IMG/VR virus record: IMGVR_UViG_3300045988_149609
DNA length: 64,000 bases
Direction: 5' to 3' (one strand)
From: a virus
Shown here one piece after another: positions 19,910 through 30,751 of this stretch. How positions within the stretch are numbered: position 1 is the first letter of the stretch; each line of letters opens with the position of its first letter. The notes beneath the pieces were generated by a model, which worked only from the letters and a program-made list of their open reading frames with translations, was not told the origin of the DNA and did no database searches. Made by a program: the position numbers and the translations under genes.

Positions 19910-20868
19910 AATTGTTTATTAACAATACAATCTTTAGCTATTTCAAGTAATTTATCTTGAATACTTTCATTTACCAAACCTTTTATTTTTGGTATTTGTA
20001 TTTTATAAATTGAATCTTCTTCAGTACCCATTGTGCCTTCATAAATTACTTTAGTTACATAACTACAATCAAAACCATCTTCTACATTTATAGGAATTAC
20101 ATTGTTATTTTTATCATAATTAATAATTGCCATAGGAAGATATGCACAAGTTCTTAGTTTACCATATTCTGATCTTTTTGGTACAGCGACTACATCAGCA
20201 GGATTTACTAATACAGCAAGACCTGTATCACCAAAATAATTCTTTTTAAGCCAATTAACAGACGCACAATGTAATCCAGAAGAACATTCTACATTACTAT
20301 CACAGTCACATTTACTTCTATCCAAAGTTACCATTTCACCTATTTTAATTCTAGTTGAATGAGTGTGATGATCTGTATATACACCTTCTTCATTAGTACT
20401 ATCTACATTTCTATAAGCTACAAAGAATCCACATTTTGCTATTTTCAAACCATGTAGATGTAAAAACCAATATAGATTATTTCTACAATCTTCATCAGTA
20501 TTCAATGACATCAGAGTCCAAAAATTTTGATAAGCTGTAAGTTTTAATTCATCTTTATTTAACTCTGCATCAACAATAGATTCTGCTAAATCTTGAGGTA
20601 AAGAAAGATTTGAAACATTATCCCAATAAACAACATTATCTGCAATTCGTAAGATTTTTGACTTCCTTATTTTTTCAATAAAAGATAGTACTTCTTGCTT
20701 CTTATCTAATTCTTGTTTATATTGAGGATTTACAATAGCCAATGTTTCCTCATCAGAAGTAGATTTTAGTATTTTTTCAAAATCTTTATCAGAAATAATA
20801 CTTTCAATACAAGCTCCATTTTCTAGAAAAACTACTACTTTGTTGTCAACTTTAATTATTTTTTGCAT
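19906..20868 (-). CDS. hypothetical protein coupled to GHKL ATPase and UDG
   Basis: 320-aa ORF overlapping both neighbours (ATGA-type overlaps); Cys/His-rich segment HTHSTRI...CDCDSNVECSSGLHC. Confidence 0.5.
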   Translation of the reverse strand: MQKIIKVDNKVVVFLENGACIESIISDKDFEKILKSTSDEETLAIVNPQYKQELDKKQEVLSFIEKIRKSKILRIADNVVYWDNVSNLSLPQDLAESIVDAELNKDELKLTAYQNFWTLMSLNTDEDCRNNLYWFLHLHGLKIAKCGFFVAYRNVDSTNEEGVYTDHHTHSTRIKIGEMVTLDRSKCDCDSNVECSSGLHCASVNWLKKNYFGDTGLAVLVNPADVVAVPKRSEYGKLRTCAYLPMAIINYDKNNNVIPINVEDGFDCSYVTKVIYEGTMGTEEDSIYKIQIPKIKGLVNESIQDKLLEIAKDCIVNKQL

Positions 20869-23051
20869 AACATTTTTATTAAATTATTATTTTTTATTGC
20901 TTTATATCGTAGATAATCTACTCTATAAAGTTTACTTTTTATTATTGCCATTGTAATAAGATCTTCAAGAGATTCTGTAATTAAAGGATTATATTCAATA
21001 TGATTATTTTCACAAAAAGATCTATACAAAGTAACATAATGATTTAATTGATTACTCAAATTAATTGTATATTCATCAATACCTTTACAATTATCTAGTA
21101 TCAATTTTTTATAAAATATATTGCTATTATTTACTTTATTGTAAAATAAAATTAATTTATTAAATTTATCTCTTTGTGCATAAGGTATAGTTTTCAATAC
21201 AAATTTAAGCTCCCAATTTGAAGGAAAATTTTCAGATTTAGGAAATACTTGTAACATAGATTTATATTGAATGAATACTTTATCTTTAAATAAATCTTTT
21301 TTATTAATTATACACTTTAAATTAAGATTTCTAATAGCATCTACTATTTCTTTTCTTGCTCTAAGTAAAACATAGTTCTTTATACGAGCCATATAATAAA
21401 ACTCTGTACTATCCTTCATATTTAGAAGAACAACACCTTTTTTGAACTCTTTAATCCATTTAATACAGCTTTCAAGTGTAAGAAAACGAAATTCACTTTT
21501 ATAAGAACTACTACTTTGTTGATAAACAATGAAATCTACAATACGTTTTACAGGAGGTATTTTTTGAGCTTTACTTTCTGTTACATATTTTTGAAAAGAT
21601 GAATCTGTATTTAAATCTATTATTTTAGCGGTAGATTTTATATATTCATACATATCATCTACTAATGGATCTAATTCTGTTTGCGAAATATGCTTATATA
21701 TAGAACCATGTATATATTTAATAAACTCTTCTTTTGTAAAATCTGTAAGTATTATATACGAATTATAATTTTCTTGTAACCATTCTTTTACATACGTAGT
21801 AAATCTTACATCATTTTTTAAAATAAGAATTTTCTTAAAACTATTTAATAGACATTGTTCCGCTTTATATGGTATTTTTCCTTGATAAAATCTATTATTA
21901 AAGAAAACACCTTTAATATTAATAAGTCTTGAATGAAAAAACCATTTTATGTAATCATTTAAATTACTATTTATTTCTTTATTTTTAAATGTTATTTCAG
22001 AATAATCAAATTTAAATTCATATCCTGTATTTTCAATTCTAATATTGAACTTATGATAAGTGTTACTTAAAGGTTCATATTTATAAATAGAAGATATTAC
22101 TTCATAATAATCATATAAATTATTATAATTTTTTGGAAATTTCTTTTCAACTAAAGCATTTAATTCTTCATGAGCTGCTTTAATTTTATCATTTATTTTC
22201 TTTATTGTATCATTATCATAAATAATAGATTCTCTATTAGGTGTAACATTTAATTCACCAACATTGAATGAAATAACAATTCCAGATCTATAAATATTAT
22301 GTATAAAATCTTTATTTTCTACATTTACAAATTCATCATTACATGGATAAAGAACATTTCCAAGAAGAAACTTTGAATTTACTTCTATTGAAGCTGCTGC
22401 AAAATTATTAAATCTTTTTATTTTAACATCATTAATCTTAGTTTCTATTCCATCAATATAGACATTAGGAAAAAATATAAGACTTGAAAGAGCTTTCATA
22501 TAGGAATAAATTCCTTTTATGTTCTTTATTGTAACTTCGACACCATTTTTTTCAGTAGTTTCTTTTTGTAATATTAAATTATTAGTAATTGCGTTTCCAC
22601 TTTTTACCATAATATAATAATAAGCAATACCATTATAATATGAAGTTACATAGACAGTATTACTACAAGCTAATGCTGAAAATCTTCCTAAGCCAAATCC
22701 ACCTATATATTCATTACTATCTCTTTTAGTACTACTACCAATATTACAAAAAACATTTTTAAATCTTTCAGGACTTAGACCTGTACCAAAATCTCTAATA
22801 CTAATTTCCCAATCATTTTGTAAATGATTAAATTTGATAATAACAGGAATATTTGTAGTATTTGCTTCTACATGACTATCCCAAGCATTACTAACAATTT
22901 CTCTTATAAATGATTGTTCTGGATTTGAATATAAATTTGAAGATAATAAAGTTGTAATAATATTTAAGTTCTTTGGATCTATTGAAGTTTTAAATTCTTT
23001 AATATCACCTATTGTTTGAATATTGTTTTGTTGTATACTATCAATAATCAT
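20856..23051 (-). CDS. Hsp90/MORC-like GHKL ATPase domain protein
   Basis: N-terminal Bergerat-fold motifs EIVSNAWDSH (N-box), RDFGTGL (G1), IGGFGLGRFSALA (G2; compare Hsp90 GQFGVGFYSA); long C-terminal region of unknown fold. Confidence 0.6.
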   Translation of the reverse strand: MIIDSIQQNNIQTIGDIKEFKTSIDPKNLNIITTLLSSNLYSNPEQSFIREIVSNAWDSHVEANTTNIPVIIKFNHLQNDWEISIRDFGTGLSPERFKNVFCNIGSSTKRDSNEYIGGFGLGRFSALACSNTVYVTSYYNGIAYYYIMVKSGNAITNNLILQKETTEKNGVEVTIKNIKGIYSYMKALSSLIFFPNVYIDGIETKINDVKIKRFNNFAAASIEVNSKFLLGNVLYPCNDEFVNVENKDFIHNIYRSGIVISFNVGELNVTPNRESIIYDNDTIKKINDKIKAAHEELNALVEKKFPKNYNNLYDYYEVISSIYKYEPLSNTYHKFNIRIENTGYEFKFDYSEITFKNKEINSNLNDYIKWFFHSRLINIKGVFFNNRFYQGKIPYKAEQCLLNSFKKILILKNDVRFTTYVKEWLQENYNSYIILTDFTKEEFIKYIHGSIYKHISQTELDPLVDDMYEYIKSTAKIIDLNTDSSFQKYVTESKAQKIPPVKRIVDFIVYQQSSSSYKSEFRFLTLESCIKWIKEFKKGVVLLNMKDSTEFYYMARIKNYVLLRARKEIVDAIRNLNLKCIINKKDLFKDKVFIQYKSMLQVFPKSENFPSNWELKFVLKTIPYAQRDKFNKLILFYNKVNNSNIFYKKLILDNCKGIDEYTINLSNQLNHYVTLYRSFCENNHIEYNPLITESLEDLITMAIIKSKLYRVDYLRYKAIKNNNLIKMLCKK

Positions 23052-23081
23052 AGAGCAAATTATTTAGAACATAAAACGAAT

Positions 23082-23115
23082 AAAATAAGGAGATATAAAC
23101 ATACCTCCTTATTTT
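23082..23115 (-). terminator. hairpin terminator-like element
   Basis: AAAATAAGGAG...CTCCTTATTTT stem of 10-11 bp with a 12-nt loop, between the 104-aa ORF and the GHKL gene. Confidence 0.4.
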
Positions 23116-23125
23116 ATTTATTTAT

Positions 23126-23440
23126 TTACTTATTATAAATTTCTTGTATTTCAGAATTTAACAAAATATGTTTCTTTGCCAATAAAGAAATCAACTTATC
23201 AACTTTATCAGTAGTATTTTCTTTATTCTCATTATTAGAAGTAATTACATCCATTACTGCATAACTAACTTCTTTCTTCTGAGTATTTACAGTATGTTTA
23301 CGTTCATATTCATTAATTATATTTTCCAATTCATAATTAGGAACATTTGTATAAGGTTTACCATATTGATTTTTTACTTCATTTTGAAGGTTATACTTCT
23401 TAATCAAACCGAAAAGATTTTGTCTAGAAATAGTATTCAT
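23126..23440 (-). CDS. hypothetical protein
   Basis: ORF track, 104 aa. Confidence 0.45.
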   Translation of the reverse strand: MNTISRQNLFGLIKKYNLQNEVKNQYGKPYTNVPNYELENIINEYERKHTVNTQKKEVSYAVMDVITSNNENKENTTDKVDKLISLLAKKHILLNSEIQEIYNK

Positions 23441-23445
23441 AACTT

Positions 23446-24444
23446 TTAATTTTTAATTGTAAATAATGGTTTTATAAACTTTTTAAATTGTTCTTCTCCC
23501 ATGGTTTTTCTAGCATCACTTATATCTTTACCTCCTTTAAATTGAGGTAACGTTATATTAGTAAAACCTGTTTTTTCTGCTAATTTAATAGCATCTTCAA
23601 TACCTGCTTTATCATTATCATAGCAAATAAATATATGTTTATATCTTCTTTTTAATTCCTTAATTGCAGTTTTACTTAGATCGTAACCTTCACCTTGAGG
23701 AGCAATACAAGGAATATTTGTAGTAGACCACATACATAAAGCATCTTTTAATGAAGAACATATTATTAAATAATCACCAGTTTCAGGTATTTTACTCCAT
23801 AAGGATATAACTGATTTATCAAATTGAGAAGTCCATTTAAAACCTTTTTTATTTAATGGTTGATATATTTTAATTTTTAATTTATTTTCTTTATATTCAG
23901 TATAAACATAAGCAAGTTTATCAGCATTAAATGTATAAACTTTATTATGTTTATATATCATATAATGAGAAATAGGATGAACTCCTGCATATTTTAACCA
24001 TGCTAAAGAAATGCCATAAGCTTTCCAATAATTAATATCATCTTGATTCCATTCCCTAACTTTACATTTAAGGTTAATTTCTGATTTTTTAGCAATATGA
24101 ACATTATGTGTAGAACTCGAAAGAGAACTATGAATAGACGTATTATTTATTTTAAACTTAGATATGTCTTTATATATTTTGTTTATGACTTCTTGATAAC
24201 TACAATTCCAAAGTTTTATTAGTAAATCAAACAAATTACCTTTTTCTTTAGTAGCAAAATCAGTATAACAAACTTTTTTACCATCAGGAGAATATAAACC
24301 AAATGATGGATTTTTATCTTTTCTTAATGGTGAGGGGATTACACATGGTACTTGATTAATATTTAGGTAAAATGAGAGAATTTCTGATTCACTCACTTTA
24401 CCTAATATATTACTCAAGCATATACTTGAGTTACATTTAAACAT
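23446..24444 (-). CDS. DNA primase (DnaG-like, Zn-binding region + Toprim)
   Basis: N-terminal PSPLRKDKNPSFGLY...CYTD (DnaG zinc-binding region-like), Toprim IFICYDNDKAG and acidic DISD. Confidence 0.6.
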   Translation of the reverse strand: MFKCNSSICLSNILGKVSESEILSFYLNINQVPCVIPSPLRKDKNPSFGLYSPDGKKVCYTDFATKEKGNLFDLLIKLWNCSYQEVINKIYKDISKFKINNTSIHSSLSSSTHNVHIAKKSEINLKCKVREWNQDDINYWKAYGISLAWLKYAGVHPISHYMIYKHNKVYTFNADKLAYVYTEYKENKLKIKIYQPLNKKGFKWTSQFDKSVISLWSKIPETGDYLIICSSLKDALCMWSTTNIPCIAPQGEGYDLSKTAIKELKRRYKHIFICYDNDKAGIEDAIKLAEKTGFTNITLPQFKGGKDISDARKTMGEEQFKKFIKPLFTIKN

Positions 24445-25415
24445 TATTCTTTAAACCAAGGATTATTAGTTGATGCAGTAGGAGCAGGGAAAGGATTGTT
24501 AGTAGGTACTTCAAGATTAGTAGGAGTTACTGTATATTCATGAATGTATTCTCCATCATATTCTTGATTTGACAATCCACCATTAGATTTTCTTTCTGTA
24601 ATATCTTTAATAATATTATTAACATTACGAGAATTAGCTTTAGCCACAGTATTAGTATAAACAGTTTGATAAACTTTATCTTCTACTTTTCTTATACCAA
24701 ATACCATTTTCAAAGTATTTTCAGGCATCAATTTAGGAATATCTTTAATTTCATTAAAGTTACCAGTAAAGAAATTCTTAACTTCTACTTCACATTCACA
24801 ATCTTCAGGATTGTTTTTCTTATTAACAACCCATGCCTTATTCTCATATGTAATATATTCATCAATATTCAAATAAGTTTTAATAAATTCAATCAAAGCA
24901 ATCTCACCTGTATAGGCAGGGCGATAATCTGTTGAAATACGAAGATTATTTCCTGCTGTTGATTTCAATTGAGAATGATTTTTACATTCTTCTTGAGTTG
25001 CCCAACCACTATAACCATATTTATCAATTACTTGAACTTTAGTTTTATCACGATTATAACGATATGCATCTCTAATAAAGAATGTAGCATCTACAATAGG
25101 GCCTACAGGAGTACCATCCTCATACAAAGGTTGTACATAAAATGTAATTCTTGCATACTTTACACCTTCATTATCAGTACCTGTATATTCAGGAATCTTT
25201 TCACTAGTAATATCGAGAAGTTTATTACGTTCTTCCATTGTAGGATTAACTGCCAATACTTTTGTTTGTGCCCAACCAATATAATTCTTATACTCAGGAG
25301 CTGCTTCTACTTTGTTTGCTTTAAATGCCATAAATGCGAAATTATTTTTAATATTATTGTTTGACTTGTTGTTTACTGATTTGTTGCTGAAAATTGTTTT
25401 AATAAGATTAATCAT
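24444..25415 (-). CDS. hypothetical protein (possible ssDNA-binding protein by context)
   Basis: 323 aa between primase and ATPase genes; function inferred only from context. Confidence 0.3.
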   Translation of the reverse strand: MINLIKTIFSNKSVNNKSNNNIKNNFAFMAFKANKVEAAPEYKNYIGWAQTKVLAVNPTMEERNKLLDITSEKIPEYTGTDNEGVKYARITFYVQPLYEDGTPVGPIVDATFFIRDAYRYNRDKTKVQVIDKYGYSGWATQEECKNHSQLKSTAGNNLRISTDYRPAYTGEIALIEFIKTYLNIDEYITYENKAWVVNKKNNPEDCECEVEVKNFFTGNFNEIKDIPKLMPENTLKMVFGIRKVEDKVYQTVYTNTVAKANSRNVNNIIKDITERKSNGGLSNQEYDGEYIHEYTVTPTNLEVPTNNPFPAPTASTNNPWFKE

Positions 25416-25646
25416 AATGTTTAAAATTTTAATTAGTTTGTAATTTATAATAATTTAATAATAGTTGTATTAATTTTTAAGAATATTTAAGAAAAAAGAT
25501 TTGGAAGGTATTGCCGTTTCATATATATTATATATTATAAAAGAAATTCTTTTATTCTTTCTTTTTGCTTACTTTTTCTTTCTTCTTTTCTTAAAGTATT
25601 CTATTTTTCTTAATAAAATTGATTAATGTTCTATTTTTCCTATTAC

Positions 25647-26114
25647 TTATTCTTCAAAAGGAAGATCAGTAGTAGGATTTTTTGATTCTTCTACAATACG
25701 TTGTGTTTCATAATCTTCAAATACTTCTTTCAATTCATCAGTATTATTTACTTCTATTGAAGTATTTGATTGAGGAAATTCTACACCATTGTCTGAAGAA
25801 TCTTGTTCATTTTGAGTAGGAGGTACAATTGTATCTGGATATTTAAATACATATTTAAATGTTTTAATTACTTTACCATTTTTATCTGTATTTTCAACAG
25901 GTATTTTATCCATTAATTGTTCTGAAGAATAACCAAAACGATCTTTAATAGGAGCTTCCCATTTCATAATGGTATCAACAATATTGTCTAGCTCTTTATT
26001 AAGTTCTATAATTTTACTTTTTAGTTTATTCTTTTTATTAACAAGTGTATTTACTGTTTTAGCTGTGTTCTTAAGTGCAAGAAGTTCAAATGATTGGAAT
26101 TGAGAATTGTTCAT
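25647..26114 (-). CDS. hypothetical coiled-coil protein
   Basis: ORF track, 155 aa. Confidence 0.45.
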   Translation of the reverse strand: MNNSQFQSFELLALKNTAKTVNTLVNKKNKLKSKIIELNKELDNIVDTIMKWEAPIKDRFGYSSEQLMDKIPVENTDKNGKVIKTFKYVFKYPDTIVPPTQNEQDSSDNGVEFPQSNTSIEVNNTDELKEVFEDYETQRIVEESKNPTTDLPFEE

Positions 26115-26161
26115 AATGTTTTTATTTATAAGTTAAATTAATTATTGATTACAATTAAATG

Positions 26162-26458
26162 TTATTTATAATAAAGAATTACATTATTGTTTTTATCACA
26201 TAAAGTACATATTCCATATTTCTTAATATAATATTTAATTGCAACTAAAAGACAGTTATTTATATTTAATGGAAAAATGGTATTTTCTAAAAGTATTGCA
26301 TACAATTTTTTTAAATCATTTATATCATAAAAAGGTTTCTTTTCATGCATAAATGATAATAAAATTACTTCTATCAAATCTAAAGTTATTTCTTCCTTTT
26401 GATTTAGTTTTGTAATAATATTATTTGAAAACCATTCTTCATCCATTATAATATTCAT
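26162..26458 (-). CDS. hypothetical protein
   Basis: ORF track, 98 aa. Confidence 0.4.
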   Translation of the reverse strand: MNIIMDEEWFSNNIITKLNQKEEITLDLIEVILLSFMHEKKPFYDINDLKKLYAILLENTIFPLNINNCLLVAIKYYIKKYGICTLCDKNNNVILYYK

Positions 26459-27122
26459 TCATAATTTCTGTTACTTTACCTAAATCATTAGGTATAAAAT
26501 CTTTTTCAAACATATCTGCAGGTGTTTTAGCAGGTATTTCTACATTACCTTCCATACATCTATGTGTATAAAATCCATAAATAGGTTGTTTATTTTCATC
26601 ATATTTTACTGAAGCAAATAATAGCATAGGTACTACTTCAATAGGATTATAACTATTATCAATCAATTTACCTACAGTTGAAGGTTTATATCCTACTATT
26701 ACATTATCAGAAATAACTTCTTCACAATGCATAACAAAAAAGATATTTAAATTATCTCTCATATTTTCTGCAGTTTGAATAATACTTTGAAAATGAGCAG
26801 CCATATCTGTATATTTATTAAAACCAGTTTGTTTAGCAGTGCGAAAATATTCTTTTCTCATTACATAACTCATATCATCTATGACTATAGTTTTTATATA
26901 ATCAGCTCCTTTATCAATACCTTGAAGATAATTTATTATTTGACTATATTCATCAAGATTAAAGAGATTTTTGTTTTCTTCATTATATAGTTTATTACTA
27001 CCTTTAAAAGGTAATCTCTTTTTCAATACATTAAAAATTACTGTTGTTTTTGGATCAAGTGTTTTAATTGAAGTTGATTTACCACTACCACTTTTTCCCA
27101 TAATTAAACATACATTTGCCAT
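26439..27122 (-). CDS. P-loop ATPase (AAA_24/Sak4-like or helicase-loader-like)
   Basis: Walker A IMGKSGSGKSTSI, Walker B VIDDMS; about 227 aa. Confidence 0.5.
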   Translation of the reverse strand: MANVCLIMGKSGSGKSTSIKTLDPKTTVIFNVLKKRLPFKGSNKLYNEENKNLFNLDEYSQIINYLQGIDKGADYIKTIVIDDMSYVMRKEYFRTAKQTGFNKYTDMAAHFQSIIQTAENMRDNLNIFFVMHCEEVISDNVIVGYKPSTVGKLIDNSYNPIEVVPMLLFASVKYDENKQPIYGFYTHRCMEGNVEIPAKTPADMFEKDFIPNDLGKVTEIMNEYYNG

Positions 27123-27194
27123 TTTACTAAAAGTTTTAATTGTGTTTTATATTATTTATTACTAAAAAGGAGTGCAAAGATAGCTATTTAAAAA

Positions 27195-28385
27195 CTATTT
27201 TTGTACTCCTTTTGAAAATATTTTAGTTATAAAAGTCATGAAAGAGTGTTCATTATTAATTTTATTGTTATTGTTATTGTTATTTTCTCTAATTTGTTTA
27301 AGATGTTGATATATTTTAGCAATATTTGAAGTATCTGTAGGTAATGGAGCTTCTTTAAACCAATTAATTGCTCCATCAAATACTAATGGACATATTCCAT
27401 TACTTTGACCTCCTCTATTCAAAACAATTTCCATAATACGAAAATTACCTTTTAATTTAGTAATATCATATCCTAAATATTCAGGTAATTCAAAAAAGTA
27501 AGGATTTGTTATACCAATCATAACATCAACATCACGTGCAGTATACTTTGAATCACTAAGACCTGCAACAGTAGGTCTTATTTTATTAGCTTTAAATGCT
27601 TCTAATGATGAAGTTTCAGTTGATTGTTGTTGTATTAATACTGGAATATAATGATATCTATTACGTAATACTACCATATATTCACTAACTTTATTAATTG
27701 CTTCTCTTAATGAAAGTTTTAATTCAGTATCAATTAAACTAATATGATCTACTATTACAAAAACATATTCATTTTGATTATTTGGTTCATAATAATCAAA
27801 TGCATCAGCATCTCTTGTTACACCAAAATCATCAATATATTTACTCTTTTTTGTATGTACTGTCCCATTTGCTTCTGCATAAGATTTTGCATCTTTCCAA
27901 ATAGCTGTTGGATTTCTACCTGGTCTAAAATCAACTACTTTTTCATAATAACTAAGAATATCAGTATATTTTTTAGTATTCAATAACTCTAAAATATCAC
28001 TACTTACAGGTTTATCTTTATCTGTACTAGTTAAATCAGTAGGACTTATTCTAATATTATCAAAAGTATATAAAAGAAATGACATAAATCTAAGAGTAAT
28101 ATTTTCTTTAGTTTCTTCTAAAGCATAATAAAATATCTTAGGTTTAATAACACCTGGATGATAAAAAGAATATAATATTGTATTATAGATAAACAAATAA
28201 TTTGCTAATTGAGTTTTAGCTGATTTTGTTGTACCTGTAACTAAATAAAATTTACTTTGTTCTATACCAGGAAATTCTTGTTTAAATCTATAAAAAGGTA
28301 GTGGTATACAATTTATTTCACCTTCAAGAACTCTTTGTCTACGTTTTTGAAGATAATTAAAAATTCTATTTGTTAATTCACTCAT
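27195..28385 (-). CDS. DnaB-like helicase C-terminal (RecA-fold) domain protein
   Basis: LVTGTTKSAKTQLA (degenerate Walker A), FVIVDHISLID (DnaB H2-like IIIDYLQLM), ARDVDVMIGI (H4-like). Confidence 0.4.
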   Translation of the reverse strand: MSELTNRIFNYLQKRRQRVLEGEINCIPLPFYRFKQEFPGIEQSKFYLVTGTTKSAKTQLANYLFIYNTILYSFYHPGVIKPKIFYYALEETKENITLRFMSFLLYTFDNIRISPTDLTSTDKDKPVSSDILELLNTKKYTDILSYYEKVVDFRPGRNPTAIWKDAKSYAEANGTVHTKKSKYIDDFGVTRDADAFDYYEPNNQNEYVFVIVDHISLIDTELKLSLREAINKVSEYMVVLRNRYHYIPVLIQQQSTETSSLEAFKANKIRPTVAGLSDSKYTARDVDVMIGITNPYFFELPEYLGYDITKLKGNFRIMEIVLNRGGQSNGICPLVFDGAINWFKEAPLPTDTSNIAKIYQHLKQIRENNNNNNNKINNEHSFMTFITKIFSKGVQK

Positions 28386-28797
28386 TAGGATATTGTATTC
28401 TAATTATATTATTAATATAATCAACTTGATGCTTAATCATAGCTTCTGAAAAATCTATTGTATTAAGATCAAGTTGAAATGCTTTAATATCTGTTTTCAA
28501 ATAAGAAGGATCATTATTTTCTATATTATGAAACATATTAGTTAAGCATCTATTTCTCATTTCTTTATACATTTCAAGTTCAGCTTTAGCTCTTGCTAAA
28601 GTTTTACCAAATTCTATATTAAAATCGTTATCTACACAAATAGCTACTCCTAGTACTTTAAGAGAACCAAGGTGTTTATTACGATGTCTTATATTACCTT
28701 TAATAACACATTCTATTACTTTTTCCTTTTCATCTACTATGTATTTAATATCCATAGTAGTAACTACAATTCGCTTGTTTCTGTTAATCTTTTTCAT
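28378..28797 (-). CDS. hypothetical protein
   Basis: ORF track, 139 aa. Confidence 0.45.
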   Translation of the reverse strand: MKKINRNKRIVVTTMDIKYIVDEKEKVIECVIKGNIRHRNKHLGSLKVLGVAICVDNDFNIEFGKTLARAKAELEMYKEMRNRCLTNMFHNIENNDPSYLKTDIKAFQLDLNTIDFSEAMIKHQVDYINNIIRIQYPNE

Positions 28798-28824
28798 TGT
28801 TGTTTTGTTTTAAAAGTTAAGTTA

Positions 28825-29421
28825 TTATTTAAGTTCAGCAGTCCAATTATTATTATAATTATCTTGTCCTGCATTTTCAATATATGACATTAATTGTGAG
28901 TTCTCTACTATCTCTCCATTTTTTGCTTCCCTTTTACTAATAAAATACTTTAATAGTTGCATATATGTATAATTACCATTAAATGATTCTACATATCTTT
29001 TAGTTGCATCTATTGCTTGTTCATCAGTAAATTCACCATATTGTTTAGTAACTACTTTTAATTTGTTAGCAATTATTTTTATACTATCTTTCCAATAATA
29101 ATTAGTACCTTCTTTTTTACCACTGGGAAAAAGTTCTCTTAGTTTAATTGCTAATTCTTCATATCTGTCTTTTTTTCCTTTAGGTATTACTTCACAATCT
29201 GCAAAAAATGCTTCAAGTCTATCTGTACCTGTTTTATTAATAACAGCATAAGAATGTCCTGTTATAGGATTATACTCTTTTGTTATAAAATCTTTATTAT
29301 GACAAGAAACTATTGTTGAATCATTTATTTCAACATTAAAAGATAATGCTATTAAATATAAAAGTTCATCTAATGTTAAATCATGTTCAAGTAATTTGTC
29401 AGTATCAATTACATATTTCAT
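28825..29421 (-). CDS. hypothetical protein
   Basis: ORF track, 198 aa. Confidence 0.45.
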   Translation of the reverse strand: MKYVIDTDKLLEHDLTLDELLYLIALSFNVEINDSTIVSCHNKDFITKEYNPITGHSYAVINKTGTDRLEAFFADCEVIPKGKKDRYEELAIKLRELFPSGKKEGTNYYWKDSIKIIANKLKVVTKQYGEFTDEQAIDATKRYVESFNGNYTYMQLLKYFISKREAKNGEIVENSQLMSYIENAGQDNYNNNWTAELK

Positions 29422-30541
29422 TTTTTAATTGATTAATTGTTATTGTTTTTATTAAATCTTTATTATAATTCTCAAGCATTTTATTTACATTTCTTTCTTC
29501 TACTGTATTTATAAAATAAGGTATTATTAAAATTGGTGATTGATGTCTTAAAATTCTACCATTTTTTTGAGTTTGTATTAAATTAGAGCTATTCAACATA
29601 TTAAATATTCCAATTCTACAATCTGATAATGATATTCCTTCATTAAGCATTTGACATGCTGTAATATGTTTAATTTTTTTAAGATTAAACAACTCAATAT
29701 ACTCATTAACTTGTTTATTTTTACTATTAATACAATATTTACCTAATTTCTTAGTTTGTGCAATAGAACTACAAAAAGTTAGTGTTCTATAATTCTTTAG
29801 AATAGATAATATTTCTTTAGTAGATTGTTCTTTCTGTTCACTAAGCCATATTAGTCTATCCAAAGAAGCTCTTAACATTCTATTGTCCATATGTTTTTTC
29901 TTATACCAATCAATAAGACCTGACATATCATTATAGAATTGTAAAGGTGAAGCAACATAAGATGTCTTTTTATATCTATTATAAATAGTACATGATTTAT
30001 TGATATTATCTAATTCTAATGGCAAAAGTAATACTTTTGGATCAGGCAATATATCACTATTAATAGCATCTCTAAGTGAAACACTATAAATATAGAGATT
30101 ACTAAATGTTTCTTTTAATTCATATTTTTTAGTAATAGATACAGTAGCAGATAAACCTAATACTTTATTAAATGTATTATCACTATTTTGAATAGCATCT
30201 ATACATCTATCTGATAAATGATGTACTTCATCTAATATCCCCTCTGTCCATGATTGCTTAGCTATATGTTTGGGTAGAGATACATAAGTAGTAAATGTAA
30301 TATCTTTCAATAAATATTCACAATCCCATTTACCTATTTCCATTACCCAATTTTGTTTTAATACATTAGTAGGAACAGCAATAAGTATAGGAGTATTTTT
30401 TTTATGATATTTTTTAAGCCATTCAAGAGCTATTTTAGTTTTACCCATTGATGTAGGTAATTCAGCTAAAATATTATTATTTGATAACTCTAAAATATCT
30501 TTAGTGACTTGTTCTCTTGTTATTTCTTTAGTATCATTCAT
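29405..30541 (-). CDS. SF2 DExH-box helicase
   Basis: Motif I TSMGKTKIA, motif II ILDEVHHLS, motif III LGLSATV. Confidence 0.75.
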   Translation of the reverse strand: MNDTKEITREQVTKDILELSNNNILAELPTSMGKTKIALEWLKKYHKKNTPILIAVPTNVLKQNWVMEIGKWDCEYLLKDITFTTYVSLPKHIAKQSWTEGILDEVHHLSDRCIDAIQNSDNTFNKVLGLSATVSITKKYELKETFSNLYIYSVSLRDAINSDILPDPKVLLLPLELDNINKSCTIYNRYKKTSYVASPLQFYNDMSGLIDWYKKKHMDNRMLRASLDRLIWLSEQKEQSTKEILSILKNYRTLTFCSSIAQTKKLGKYCINSKNKQVNEYIELFNLKKIKHITACQMLNEGISLSDCRIGIFNMLNSSNLIQTQKNGRILRHQSPILIIPYFINTVEERNVNKMLENYNKDLIKTITINQLKNEICN

Positions 30542-30546
30542 TATTA

Positions 30547-30750
30547 TTATTCATTTTTATGTGATTCAAAAGTATTATTATATGGTTCTTGTTCTATAAT
30601 ATGACCATTTGAATCAAATTTTATATCTTCAGGTCTTTCATTAACCCATACTACAGGTTCATCTTTAGTTTCACAAGAAGTAAATAATGTAAGACTTAAA
30701 ATAGTACTATAAAATATAGTTTCAATATTTATTTTAGCTTTCTTAGTCAT
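30547..30750 (-). CDS. small lipoprotein
   Basis: Signal peptide ending in lipobox LFTSC. Confidence 0.45.
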   Translation of the reverse strand: MTKKAKINIETIFYSTILSLTLFTSCETKDEPVVWVNERPEDIKFDSNGHIIEQEPYNNTFESHKNE

Positions 30751-30751
30751 A

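Noticed and set aside
27240-27300. Tandem ttattgttattgtt repeat that might look like a CRISPR or satellite
   Set aside because: It lies inside the DnaB-like ORF and simply encodes a poly-Asn tract (NNNNNNN); it is too short and irregular for a CRISPR array, and no repeat-spacer architecture was seen anywhere in the window.
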